Shown here: piece by piece, positions 53,093-64,000 of the stretch
Layout: every line of letters begins with the position of its first letter
Position numbering within the stretch: the first letter of the stretch is position 1
Origin: Octopus sinensis
Taxonomy: Eukaryota
DNA length: 64,000 bases
Direction: 5' to 3'
Assembly (NCBI RefSeq): GCF_006345805.1
Contig: NC_043005.1
Span: forward strand, 43,276,001 to 43,340,000
The notes under the pieces: generated by a model
The model's input: the letters and a program-made list of their open reading frames with translations, nothing else
Told to the model about the DNA's origin: nothing
Database searches by the model: none
Program-made: the position numbers and the translations under genes

Positions 53093-55309
53093 GGCAATTA
53101 GGTGGTCAGAATCATCAAAGAATTACACAGAATGCTTTGTAAGGGTTTTGTTGCTATCTCGCTATTGTTTAGTCCTGCAGTGGGTTGGGTTTTGTCTTTC
53201 ATTCTTTGAGAATCAATGAAATAAATTACAGGTCAATTTAATCAATTAATACTGGTGTCTCTCAGGGGTCTTCAAATGTAAGACAACTGAGAATTCCCAA
53301 TAAACTTTCTTGCAGCTACCTGTGATTTAAGGAGCAATGGGGGTGCCAGTACCCAATTGCCACAGCATGTTTGTGAGGAAGAGTGAGCCCTATTATTTTT
53401 AACTTTGAAAGGCATAAATGATAGAGCGCTTCCATTATGAGACTGTCTGATATTGATCCAACATATGTTGACTGGAGGAAGGAAAAATAACTGTAAATTA
53501 TATCTAGACTAGCAACTTTCAATAACTGTCTTGTGGCTATAGTTTGAACCGTGTAAACCCCTGTAAGATCTTTTGTAGTTTTAACCTAAACAAAACCTTA
53601 TGTTCTTCAGGAGAAAATTCAACATCATTGTGGAATCAAAATAACCTTTTCTGCTGTACTTCCTTTCCAGTAAACAGTAAACTGATTGACTAGCTAACAT
53701 TATGTAAGACAAGGAAACATTTTGGTAGCTTATCTTTAGTTAAAGGAAAGCAAGGAAATAACCAAAAGTATTCATCCAGTAATCAGTATGTAATAGTGAA
53801 TTCATTTACTCTGCAAGTTTTGAGGAAAGGACAAAGGAAAAGAGAAAATATTTGTTATTTTCACTGTCATAACTCTTAATCAGCGTTTTTCAGAACTTTA
53901 AGTTCCCCCGCTTTCATGAAATGTAACCCAGCCAAGAAATTAAGTCCAGATATGTTGGTTCTTACTTCCCATTCTATCTTTTTGTTTTGGACCCACAGAA
54001 TACAACCTAGTTATGCATTTTCTTCTTCAAACTACATCACTGGACACTTCTCTATTTCTAAATTACTTTTAATGGAAAGCATTCCGTGTTTACAACTAAT
54101 TACTGGACCCCACCCTTTACTTCACATTCTAGGAATGTCATGAACTTAACAGTTACTCTCTGAATTTCCAAATAAAAAAGCAGACTTGTAAATTCTATAA
54201 ATTTCTTGGCAGTGTAAACTGTTTAAATTTTAGTTGTTTTACAAAAGATTTTTAAAACTTAATATCATAACATTTAGTTATTAATGTTAGTACATACTGA
54301 AGCTGGGGAACTTTACAAATTGATGGATGTTAATGGATATTTTATATATTTTTTCAGTACATTTTTACAATCAATAGATAGTTCGATTTTTTTAAATTTC
54401 ATTTCCACGTAGCTAGTTCCATTGGAAATAATGTCTTCACACTCACGTTTTTTCCTCCTCTTTGCTATTAGACTGTCTTTTGTTCAGTTGCTTTTTATTC
54501 TTAGAAAATTCTAAAATATTCCACTACAAGTTTAAAACTGGACATGGACTAGATGTCAAATGTTCCCATTTCGCAATAAATTGATTTTTTAGCTTTTTAT
54601 CTTTCAAGCCAGAGTGGGTGGGGTCAGCATAATAATTAGCTGCAATTATGTCGTAATAAATATATAAGTAACCTTCTATAATCAATAAAATATATACTAA
54701 GATGGGCTTGTAATTATACTCAATCTATGCTTGATAAAATAAGTAGAAAGCAAAGATTAAGTACCGGAGAGATACCATGTGATCTTACACATGTGCAGCT
54801 ATTATAACTAAAGGACCAAGCACTACACATTATAATCTATATAAGTTTAAATAAACATTGGAGTGTTGACATAAAAAAATGCATTATTTAATAGATAGAT
54901 AAAAGCAGTGAGAAGTTAATGTGAGGATGAAACCCACCCCCAAATCTCCTTGGGCTGTTCATGTATTGGTTTCAAAACCTTGTTAATTTAGCTATACTGT
55001 AATATTTATTTAGTAGTATATATTTTGAGTATAGATAGAAGCATGGCGGAGTGGCAAGGACGTTGCTCCTCAACCTTATGGTTCTATGTTCTGTCCACCT
55101 GCATGGCTCCTTGGGAAAGTGTTTTCTGTTATAGCCCTGCACCAACCAAAGCTTTGTGAATGGGGTTTGGTAGATGGAAATTGAAAGAAGCCCATCATAT
55201 ATCATCATCATCATCATTTAGGCTTTGTTTAGCATGACACAGAATGTGACAAGGCTGACCCTTTGAATTGCAAGTACAACTCACTTTTGACAGCATTTTT
55301 GTTTGTTTT

Positions 55310-55410
55310 AATAACTGACGAGATGCCGGAGAAGACTTCTGCCCTGACATCCAAAACTCTGAGTTTTATTATGGCAACTGACTAATTGTCATATATTATA
55401 TATATATATA
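55310..55410 (+). pseudogene. Second copy of hammerhead family 2, with GAAA mutated to AAAA
   Basis: AATAA-CTGACGA(55315-21)-stem II-AAAA(55353-56)-CTCTGAGT-T-TTATT-ATGGCAAC. Colinear with the reverse complement of 33820-33905. Confidence 0.75.
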
Positions 55411-55592
55411 TATATATGCACATATATATGCATATATAATATATATATGATTGTCTTGGACATTTTTAGGCTTGGCATCATCCAGCTTTCTCTGGATCTA
55501 TAGGCATGCATACCCATAACATAATGCTTTCAAGTGTGCTTCTTTTTCAAATATATGAATTACTGAATGTGTGTGTGTGTGTGTGTGTGTGT

Positions 55593-55925
55593 GTGAAGAC
55601 ACTTGGCTCAGTGGTTAGAGCATCAGGCTCACAATCATGAGGTTGTGAGTTCACTTCTCAGACCAGGCTGTGTGGTGTGTTCTTGAGCTAGACACTTTAT
55701 TTCATGTTACTGCAGTTCACTTAGCTGTAGGAATGAGTTGTGATGCCACTGGTGCCAAGTTCTATCGGCCCTTAGATAGCATCGGTGGTGTGGAGAGGGG
55801 AGGCTGGTATGCATGGGTGACTGCTGGTCTTTCATAAATAACCTTGCCCAGGCTTATCTCTCAGAGGGCAACTTTCTAGGTGCAATCCCATGGTCTTTCA
55901 TGACCAAAGGGGTTTTTTACCCTTT
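55593..55925 (+). mobile_element. SINE C
   Basis: Colinear with 6866-7238. Confidence 0.85.
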
Positions 55926-57342
55926 TTTGTTTATACGCACACACACACACACACATATTTATTTGTTTATTTATATTTTTGCCCTTGTACCAGTTTTATC
56001 CACCAATAGAGAAAAGAAAAATTTTGCCTAAACTCAAGTCGAAAACAAAGTTTTGATTTGTGATTAAGTTATCACATTCTCCATGCTGCCAGTTATTGTT
56101 CTGAGTTTTCAGCTTAGAAATTTTATTCATATTTGACCTTTTTTCCAGTTCATTTAAAATTCTTTGTAATTCAAGAAACTTGGAAAACAATTTTTGAAAT
56201 GTTCCGTTTTTAAGAAATATTTTACATTGTCGCATTAACCAAATTCCCTATCAGTAATTTTGTTTTTATTTTTGTATTTGGTATGCCTGCATTCCTCTAG
56301 TATTTAATAGCCAATGTTTTACCTAGATTTCTTACTATTTATGTTACATATGAAATTCCTGTGAGTATTTTTTTAATATCAAAATATCTTTTTTTTTTCT
56401 TACTGCATCTAAATTTATTTTCTTGAATATCTATTAAAAGAAGCAAAAAAAAAAACTACATACAGATCGTAGCATTTACTTGACTACATTTAAGGAACTT
56501 ACATTTACTGAATTCATTTTACTAGTTTTAATTTTAATTTTTAATCTTCTCTGATCTTCTTGATTGCTAATCCCAACTTGAGCAGTTTGTGTGTTGTTTA
56601 TTTTGTATTAAATCATATTCACATAAACTCCACCATCATCATTGTTCATTTGGTATAAGAATGTAATCTCATTAACCAGTTCAACTAGAGCATGTTGGTG
56701 TAAACATATTTGTTGAAATCATGCATTTTATGACCTATAGACATGTTTGTTGAGATATAAATGGACTTTGTGAAATGCCTTTTCAGAAATGGCGACAGTT
56801 ATATTTTTGCTTACATCATGGAATATGCAACTGTGATATTGTTCCATTATGTATAAGATTGTTTATCAGCAGTTGGTGGCTGCTACTGCTTCTAGTTGTA
56901 CTGCTACTACTACCATTTCTACCACTAATACTACTGCTACTCCTACTGGAAACTACTTTTCAAATCTTGTTCTTCATGAGTTACAGTGGAAGAAAGGATA
57001 AAGCATATGTCTTTCAATGGCTTGAACTTAGCCATGATATTTTCAAGCAGTTTTGTTGCTTATGTCATACTGGGTACTGTAGTTGATTTCAGGTTTCAGA
57101 TTTGGAAGAGTTAAAGAACCTTACAAAACTTCTGCTGCTATGAAAGAAGTCTGGATATTTTAATATTGATTTCAAATTTTGGCACAAGGCTAGCAATTTA
57201 AAAAAATAAATTTCATGGTTGGTTTACAACTCCTATAATTTATCATTCATTTGGTATTTTTCTTCTAAAACATTCAGAAAGGTAGGGTTTGATGTGAGCC
57301 AACCTATCATTATTTATTATGTTGCTTGCTGAAGGGTTCTTG

Positions 57343-57570
57343 TTAACCCTTTAGCATTTAAACCAGCCATATCTGGTCAAAGTATCCTGCCAGTTTTATG
57401 TTAAAACTGGCCAGATCTGGTTCCTCACACCAACCCTATAATATCATTCTAAGAATTAACAGTTGCCTCATCAAAATCTCAAAGCTACAACATAATGCAT
57501 GATTAATTCAAAACAATGTGAATAAAAAGGCATTAATTTTGGCAAAATAATGTGAATGCTAAAGAGTTAA
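57343..57570. mobile_element. piggyBac-type MITE family F, complete
   Basis: TTAACCCTTTAGCATT...AATGCTAAAGAGTTAA. Confidence 0.8.
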
Positions 57571-57641
57571 AGAGTTCCAATTTTATCTAAAAAATATTGG
57601 AATCAGAATGAGCAGTTGGCGGAATAATCATTGGTCCCTGC

Positions 57642-58048
57642 TTAGCCCTCTAGCATTTAAACCGGACATATCCAGTGCAAATATTCATCCTGGGTTATGT
57701 TCAAACTGGTCAGATCCAGCCTGCTCACAATTATGCTACAATGTCATTCCTAAAATAAACAATCACATCATCGAAATTTTCAAGCATTCAAGGATAATGC
57801 ATGATTAATTCAAAAGAAGGTGATTAACCCTAAAGGTTTAGTCATTCAAGATTAATCCATCAAGTGTAATGCTCACTTATCCACATTATTTTGAATTAAT
57901 TATGCATTATCTCATAGCTTCGAGATTTTGATGATGTGATTGTTTATATTTTGAGTGGCATTGTAGGGTAGGTGTGAGAGGCCAGATTTGACATAAAAAC
58001 ATCAATTATTTGGGCCGGATATGGCTTGTTTGAATGCTAGAGGGTTAA
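57642..58048. mobile_element. Two family F MITEs in inverted arrangement (57642-57815 and 57824-58048)
   Basis: Start TTAGCCCTCTAGCATT and end AATGCTAGAGGGTTAA. The two bodies are reverse complements of each other. Confidence 0.75.
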
Positions 58049-58999
58049 ATAAGCTTTACACTTGTCAGAATTATCAGAATCTTAAATGGTTAAACAAGGT
58101 GGTGCTTTGATGTTTTCCTGAAACCTTTGTGGAAACAAATCAGTTGTGGAGCATCAGTGTTTGCTGTTGTTGTTGTTGATTAACCCTGAGTTAGCAAACC
58201 CTGATTGAACCCTGAAATGCATTTGGCCCTATGTGACATTCCACATATGGAGGACTATGTAATTCAATAACTGGGTGTGATAAGACAGTGAGATTTGAAT
58301 GCTGTTGTTTTTAGCAGATCAATCAACCACAGAAAAGGTTTTCAGCCAGCCACATTTGGTTGACTGTGAAAAAAGTTGTTTCCTGTGTTACATTATAATA
58401 GAAAATTTAAACAGAAAATATGTGGTTACCACAATTTTCACATATGATGATATTTGAAAATATATCATCATATGATGCTGATATATTTATTGCTGTCATC
58501 ATCATCATCATCATCATTGTCATCATCATCACCATAGAAAACAACAACAATAAAAAAAAAATGTGTAAGATACTAATGAAATTACTTGACCTAATGAATA
58601 ACTTAACTCTGTACAGTCGGTACAAGGCAGAGAGTTCATGAAATATAATGGGAGTTCAATATTGTCTTGGAGATGAAGTTTAAGCCAAGCAAGTAACTAG
58701 TCACTGTTTCTGCTATCTAATCACACCTAATCACTTCAGTACACAGATTAAACGGTTTCAATGGAGTTCCAAAGTCTGAAGAAACCTATAAAAGTCTATA
58801 GCTACTCAACAGACAACTGTACTTGGTAATCTTTTATCTTAACTCTTGTAATGAAATACTGCCAAAGTTTCTTACTATCAACACTCATTTTAACCTGCTT
58901 TTTTTTTCTTTTCTTTTTTTTTTACATGTCACTTAGCAAAAGCATGTGCTTCAAACAACACCCACTCCATACCTACAGGTGATAGTGGTGGTGATGGTG

Positions 59000-59150
59000 G
59001 TTGTTCTTCCTCTTATTTTTCCCTCTTCTTCCTTTTGTTCTTGTTCTTCCTACTCTTGTTCTTGTTCTTCTTGTTCTTGTTCTTTTTCTTCCTACTCTTG
59101 TTCTTCTTGTTCTTGTTGTTGTTCTTCTTCTTCTTCTTTCCCCCCCCCCC
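59000..59150. repeat. (TCTTGT/TCT)n simple repeat
   Basis: Seen directly in the sequence. Confidence 0.9.
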
Positions 59151-59234
59151 CATGCTAGCTCAGATCAAGTAAACCAATGCTCAAAGACATTCTGGTCTGT
59201 GACTGTATATTATTTTCGAAAACTGGTGTGATTT

Positions 59235-59722
59235 CGTTTTTTTTTTCTTTTATCTCTAATCACGGACTGTTGCCATGCTGGGGCACCACCTTGACGGCTT
59301 TAGTCAAAACAGATCAACCCCAGTGCTTATTTGCTTTTCTCCTAATCCTAGTACTTATTCTAGAGGTTCACATTTGCCAAACCACTAAGTCACAGAGACG
59401 TAAACTGACCAACACCTGTTATCAAGTGGTAGTAAAGGAAAAACACACACTCACTCACACGCATACACATGTAGAATGGATACAGGAGCCAGCCTGGTAT
59501 GGTTCCTGTCAAACCGTCCAACCCATGCCAGCATGGAAAATGGACTTTAAATAATGATGATGCATACGAAGGGCTTCTTTCAGTTTCCATCTACCAAATC
59601 CACTCACAAGACTTTCGTCTGCCCCAGGGCTACAGTAGATGACACTTGCCTAAGGTGCCATGCAGTGGGACCGAACCCGGTACCATGTAGTTGGGAAGTA
59701 AGCCTCTTACCGCACAGCCATG
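59235..59722 (-). mobile_element. SINE A with an RTE-tail fragment (59480-59560) in the central tract
   Basis: Tail 59235-59450 and head 59560-59722. Confidence 0.75.
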
Positions 59723-61329
59723 ACTTGGGAAATTTGTCTACTTGTGTCTAAGAGGTTGAAAATAGCGGCTCCTTGGTTAGCATGTGTGTATTTGTGTTTA
59801 AACAACTTTGTGATTTAGCTGTGACTAATCAAACAATTGGGTCTGTAACACTATACAGTAGATATGAACGTAGATAAAGCTTGATACACACATGCTCTCT
59901 GTCTCTCTCTTTCTCTTATCATGCACATACACACACACACACACACTCTCATAAATACATGTTAAGACAGAGAGATTCTTTCTTTCCTTCTTCCTTGACA
60001 TGTATTTGCATGTGAAAAAAAAAAGGAAGACTGAATGAATGAATGAAACTGAGACCGAGAGAAGATTTCATGTCAAACTTACTTTCTCTTTTTTTCTTTC
60101 ATTCACCTGATATCTGTGTGTGTGTGTATTTACATGCGTGTGTGTGTGCATATGTATTCAAACGCCTATTTGCATGTACAGAGTTAGAGATGGGAGACAG
60201 TTTTAAGCCTACACCATAACATACATTTGTGTCATAAAAATACCCTGTTGACTTAGTTCTGACATTGGCACTATCTGCATTCTTGTTCCCTTAAATGAAT
60301 TCTTGTAGAATTCCTTGCAATAGTTAAGACCGAATCCGCCTTGAAGTAGAGTGAATTAACTGGAATAGAATGAGAAGTTTGATCGCGCACATTATTACAT
60401 GCCAACCATTCAAGATATAACATTGATTCCATCCAAGAACTGTTTAACTTGATTTAACCAAGGTCATTCAAGAATATGTACTGCGGCAGAGGCCTAGTGA
60501 TGAGAGACAGACACTTATGTGTTTCTTTACTGTAAAACTCAATAATAATTCGCTGTTAAATCATATTGATGTCCTTTATGATTTCAGCAATTATTTATTA
60601 GTTGCCTACAAGGTGAAATAAAATGCAAGTGTAACAGGTATTTCATCTGCAACTCCTCCTTGTGTATGAGTTGTTGTTGTGGGAGGGAGAGAGAGAGAGA
60701 GAGAGAGTAATCACTAGTATAGTTGCCAAGCAAGTAGGTTTGTTGTATATTTTCACTTCTCAAATTGTTGTTTCCAAAAGTATTAGGTGTCTTTGCATAA
60801 CAATACTTACCTGTTGTATATGATCATCATCATCATCATCATTTAAAATCCCACTTCTTCATGCCTGCTTGGTTCAGACAGTGTTTTTCTCTGTGGGCAG
60901 ATTTCCTAAGGCCAGAATCCCTGTCTCTGCAGCCATGCCAACCATCACCTGTTTCCAAGCAGCAAGGAAAAAAAACTTCCCATAGAAGTGTCGAAATGAA
61001 TGACAGGCGATGCTCGTTTACAACTGTCATGTGAGATCAGGATAAGGGTAGACACATACATGCACGCACACGTACATGCATGCACATACACACACACACA
61101 TGCACAGATACATGTACATGGAGGAGAGACTTCTTTCAGTTTCTGTCTATTAAGTCCATTTAGAAGGTTTTGATCGGCCTGTGGCTAAAACAGAAGACAC
61201 TTGACCAAGGTGACCACCTAGTGGGACTGAATGAATGTGAGGCCACATGATTAGGAAACAAGCTTCTTAACCACATCTGCACCAGTATATTTACATACAT
61301 GTGTGTATACATTTATATATATATATATA

Positions 61330-61635
61330 ATTAATTAATAAGGGTGAGAGAATTAGATACTAATTTAATAGTATATTTATTCCACACCAAGTGGCCTAGT
61401 GCTATGAGAAACCTGGATTATTATAATATTTTATAACATATTATAATATTTTCACAAAATAAATATAAGAGAGTGGTCACTATATTGATCACTCTAGCAC
61501 CAGTTAATCCAAAAGGTTTCAACCACGAAAATACATGTTTCCCATGAAAGCCAAGTACGACTGTTAGCTCACACGGACAGGGCAAATAAAAAATAACAAA
61601 AATACAGATTATTTTGGGACAATTGTTTCGCTATT
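61330..61635 (-). mobile_element. Truncated short element carrying the 3' half of a third hammerhead (GAAAC-AATT-GTC)
   Basis: Minus strand reads gcGAAACAATTGTCccaaaat: palindromic stem III ACAATTGT plus a GUC triplet. The CUGANGA half is absent and replaced by a TA run. Confidence 0.4.
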
Positions 61636-61715
61636 ATATATATACATGTTGACTTAGTCACTGTTTCTGCTGTCTAATATTTTCAAATATCATCATATGT
61701 GAAAATTATGATAAT

Positions 61716-61753
<38 letters not shown>

Positions 61754-61765
61754 CTAAAATAATAA

Positions 61766-61847
61766 TGCTGCAGACAGGATTTGAACCTGCCTGGGTATAA
61801 CCCATTGGATTTCAAGTTCAACACCTCAACCACTCAGCCATTACAGC
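61766..61847 (-). tRNA. tRNA-Ser(UGA)-like gene, probably a pseudogene
   Basis: GCTGTAATGGCTGAGTGGTTGAGGTGTTGAACTTGAAATCCAATGGGTTATACCCAGGCAGGTTCAAATCCTGTCTGCAGC. It has a cloverleaf, anticodon TGA, a long variable arm (TGGGT/ACCCA), A and B boxes, and a T4 run 7-10 nt downstream. There is an A7-C66 mismatch and an anticodon-stem mismatch. Confidence 0.85.
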
Positions 61848-62104
61848 AGTTTATTTATGTGTGTGTATACATATAGATTCTATTGCATTCCAGGGGGAAA
61901 AAACAACTGCACTAGTATGGTCATGTGTTGTGTTAGGAAGGGTATCCAGCTGTAGAAACCTTGCTAGAACAGTTTGAAGCCTGATTCAGCCTCCTTGCTT
62001 GCCAATCCTCAGTCAAACCGTCCAACCCATGCCAGCATGGAAAGCGGACATTAAATGATGATGATATATTGATATATATATATATACACACACACAAATA
62101 CATA

Positions 62105-62416
62105 TATAACAGTGTATAAAACATACACAGAGAGAAAACCACCATGTGGATTTCTTACATGCTAAAAATGGCAGTCAAAGTGCAAACCACTGGAAAACAT
62201 TCTTACATTAAAGCATGTTGCTTGTTTATGAGCAAGACATTTGAGTGAATAAAAATTTACTGAAATTTTTATTCATTCAAATGCCTTGCTCGCGAGCAAG
62301 CAATATCCTTTAGTGTCAGAATGTTTTCTCATGGTTTGCACTTTGACTGCTATTTTTAGCATGTAAGAAATCCAATTAGTGGTTTTTTCCCCATGTATAT
62401 TTTATACACTATTATA
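62105..62416. mobile_element. Foldback (palindromic) MITE-like element
   Basis: Arms 62111-62258 and 62263-62410 are ungapped inverted copies around a 4-nt loop (ACTG), flanked by TA-rich sequence. Confidence 0.8.
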
Positions 62417-62664
62417 ATTAAAAATATTTATGTCTTCTGACTTTTATCAAGCATGCTAACCACTGGTATAAATTATTTAATAATTTTTACCCTTATATTT
62501 GTAAAGATATATATATATATGTATATATACATATATATAAGCATATGATCATTATAAGAATTAATTCATTAAATGGCGTTCAATAAATGTCATTAATTAA
62601 TTCTTATAATGATCATTTGCTTAGATATATTCATACGGATATGATAAGAAATTCATAAATATAA

Positions 62665-63031
62665 TCTATATGTATAAACGGCAGTTTGTCTGTGCGTGTT
62701 TCTGTGTGTCTGTTTACTTGTACCCTCACCCTGACCACGGCTTTCAACCGATTGTGATGAAACTTGACACACACATAGCCCAATGTCATAATTCAAAACT
62801 AACGTAGCGAAAATTTTGAAAAGTTCCCCAGTTCTGAAAAACATCGATAAATTCGACATGGGGTCGAGAATCAGAAACACAAACCGCAAACTGTCTAGGG
62901 GACGCAACTCCACCTTTTTTCACTCTCAAAAAAATTTACCATTTTTTTGCTATTTTTTGGCTATAACTCTCTAAAAATGCTTTATAGTTATTTCCCTTAC
63001 AAACCTGAGCAACGCCGGGCGATACTGCTAG
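62665..63031 (+). mobile_element. Non-autonomous Helitron
   Basis: A|TC start, CTAG|T end, and a subterminal GC hairpin (CCTGAGCAACGCCGGG) ~10 nt before CTAG. Homologous to 37264-37650 in the opposite orientation. Confidence 0.8.
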
Positions 63032-63423
63032 TGTATGATAAAAAGACATTCAGAACCTAGGAAATAATTCCTTTAGTGGAAGAAGTTAATTTTCATGCGG
63101 ATAAATATAATATAATAAGCATACATATGTACATACGTACATACATACACATATATGTGTGTGTGTATATATCTTGGCGCTCTGTTGGTTGCGACAATGA
63201 GGATTCCAGTTGATCTGGTCAACAGCACAGAAACAAACATGCAATACAGTGAGAAAAGTATTAAAACTAACTATTAACAGATAAGGATATATAAATGCCC
63301 TCACACAAGCTGCATTGCACATTGTACACTCGCTCATCCAAGCATACGCACACGTGGTTTGGTGCACACCTGATCAAAAAGCAAGTTAAATAGCTACTTG
63401 GTGTATTTAAACCTAACAACTAA

Positions 63424-63585
63424 TATAGAAATCAGGATGTCCTCTGGTTCAACCCAATTTTCGGTTTGCATGTTTCAACCAAGATCACTGGAAAATTTTA
63501 TGCAGCTTTGGACAAATGTTTTCCTAAATCTAATCGGTATCATGCGATTTTTAATCAGCACACCATGAAGGTATATTACACTATG
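63424..63585 (+). mobile_element. Penelope-like element ORF fragment (linker between RT and GIY-YIG domains)
   Basis: Translates as YRNQDVLWFNPIFGLHVSTKITGKFYAALDKCFPKSNRYHAIFNQHTMKVYYTM. This matches the PLE signature WFNPP.S..V.T.IG..F...DK.FP.....H.IFN..T.K.SY..M. Confidence 0.75.
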
Positions 63586-63619
63586 TTTTGTTGAGACAAA
63601 ATGCATCCAAAGACAGCAG

Positions 63620-64000
63620 GATATTATTTGAGGGAGACTTGGTCACTCTTTCTAAGTGATACATAGTGGCTCCCTGCTGACGATGGCTCTGAACATTAAT
63701 CAGTATACACTAAGGACGAGGATCTCTGAGCTGTGTGGGAACCTCCCAATATTTAGCTCAAAAATAACAGAGGAGACTGATGTTAGCTGGACATGCTTAC
63801 CGTTATTCACAGTTGATATTGCACTCAGTGCTCCTGTGGGATCCCCTACGTGGACACACTAGAAGAGGGAGACCAAGGATGACATATGTTGGTGCCCTAA
63901 GGGCATACATTGGTCTCTGGGAGACACAGGACATGGCAGTGATGATGAGGAGCAAAGACTGCTGGAGAGAACTCGTTCATGTATCTCGGGAATTTTACCC
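63620..64000 (+). mobile_element. RTE-X/RTE clade LINE ORF2 C-terminal fragment, frameshifted, runs off the window
   Basis: ETWSL, LTMALNI...ELCGNLP, then from 63771 RRLMLAGHAYR...VLLWDPLRGHTRRGRPRMTYVGAL...MRSKDCWREL. Confidence 0.8.

Noticed and set aside
60497-60590. C-box-like GTGATGA suggesting a snoRNA
   Set aside because: No D box (CTGA) or terminal stem at a suitable distance.
576-62913. Numerous 60-130-aa ORFs in the supplied track
   Set aside because: They map to SINE, Helitron or microsatellite sequence, recur between copies, and lack coding features.

Overview
This is AT-rich, microsatellite-saturated animal genomic DNA. The repeat families look like those of an octopus (coleoid cephalopod); that assignment is inferred from remembered repeat families, not from a search. 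No protein-coding gene can be identified with confidence, and nearly all ORF-track entries are microsatellite or SINE artefacts. The window is probably intronic or intergenic. It contains about 20 copies of a tRNA-derived SINE with a central (TA)n(TG)n tract, two or three other SINE families, RTE-LINE 3' ends and their derivatives, and an RTE-X fragment. It also contains a Penelope-like (PLE) ORF fragment, Helitron-type non-autonomous elements, piggyBac-, hAT- and mariner-type MITEs, a 312-bp foldback palindrome and a decayed tRNA-Ser(UGA) gene. The most interesting signal is a set of minimal type I hammerhead ribozyme motifs in short TA-flanked elements. They lie at 45531-45622 (+), 33807-33940 (-) and 55310-55410 (+, core mutated), with a half motif at about 61605-61635 (-). 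All have palindromic stem III sequences of the kind carried by Penelope-like retroelements and retrozymes. Coordinates of old repeat copies are approximate (about +/-20 bp). Exon calls have low confidence.
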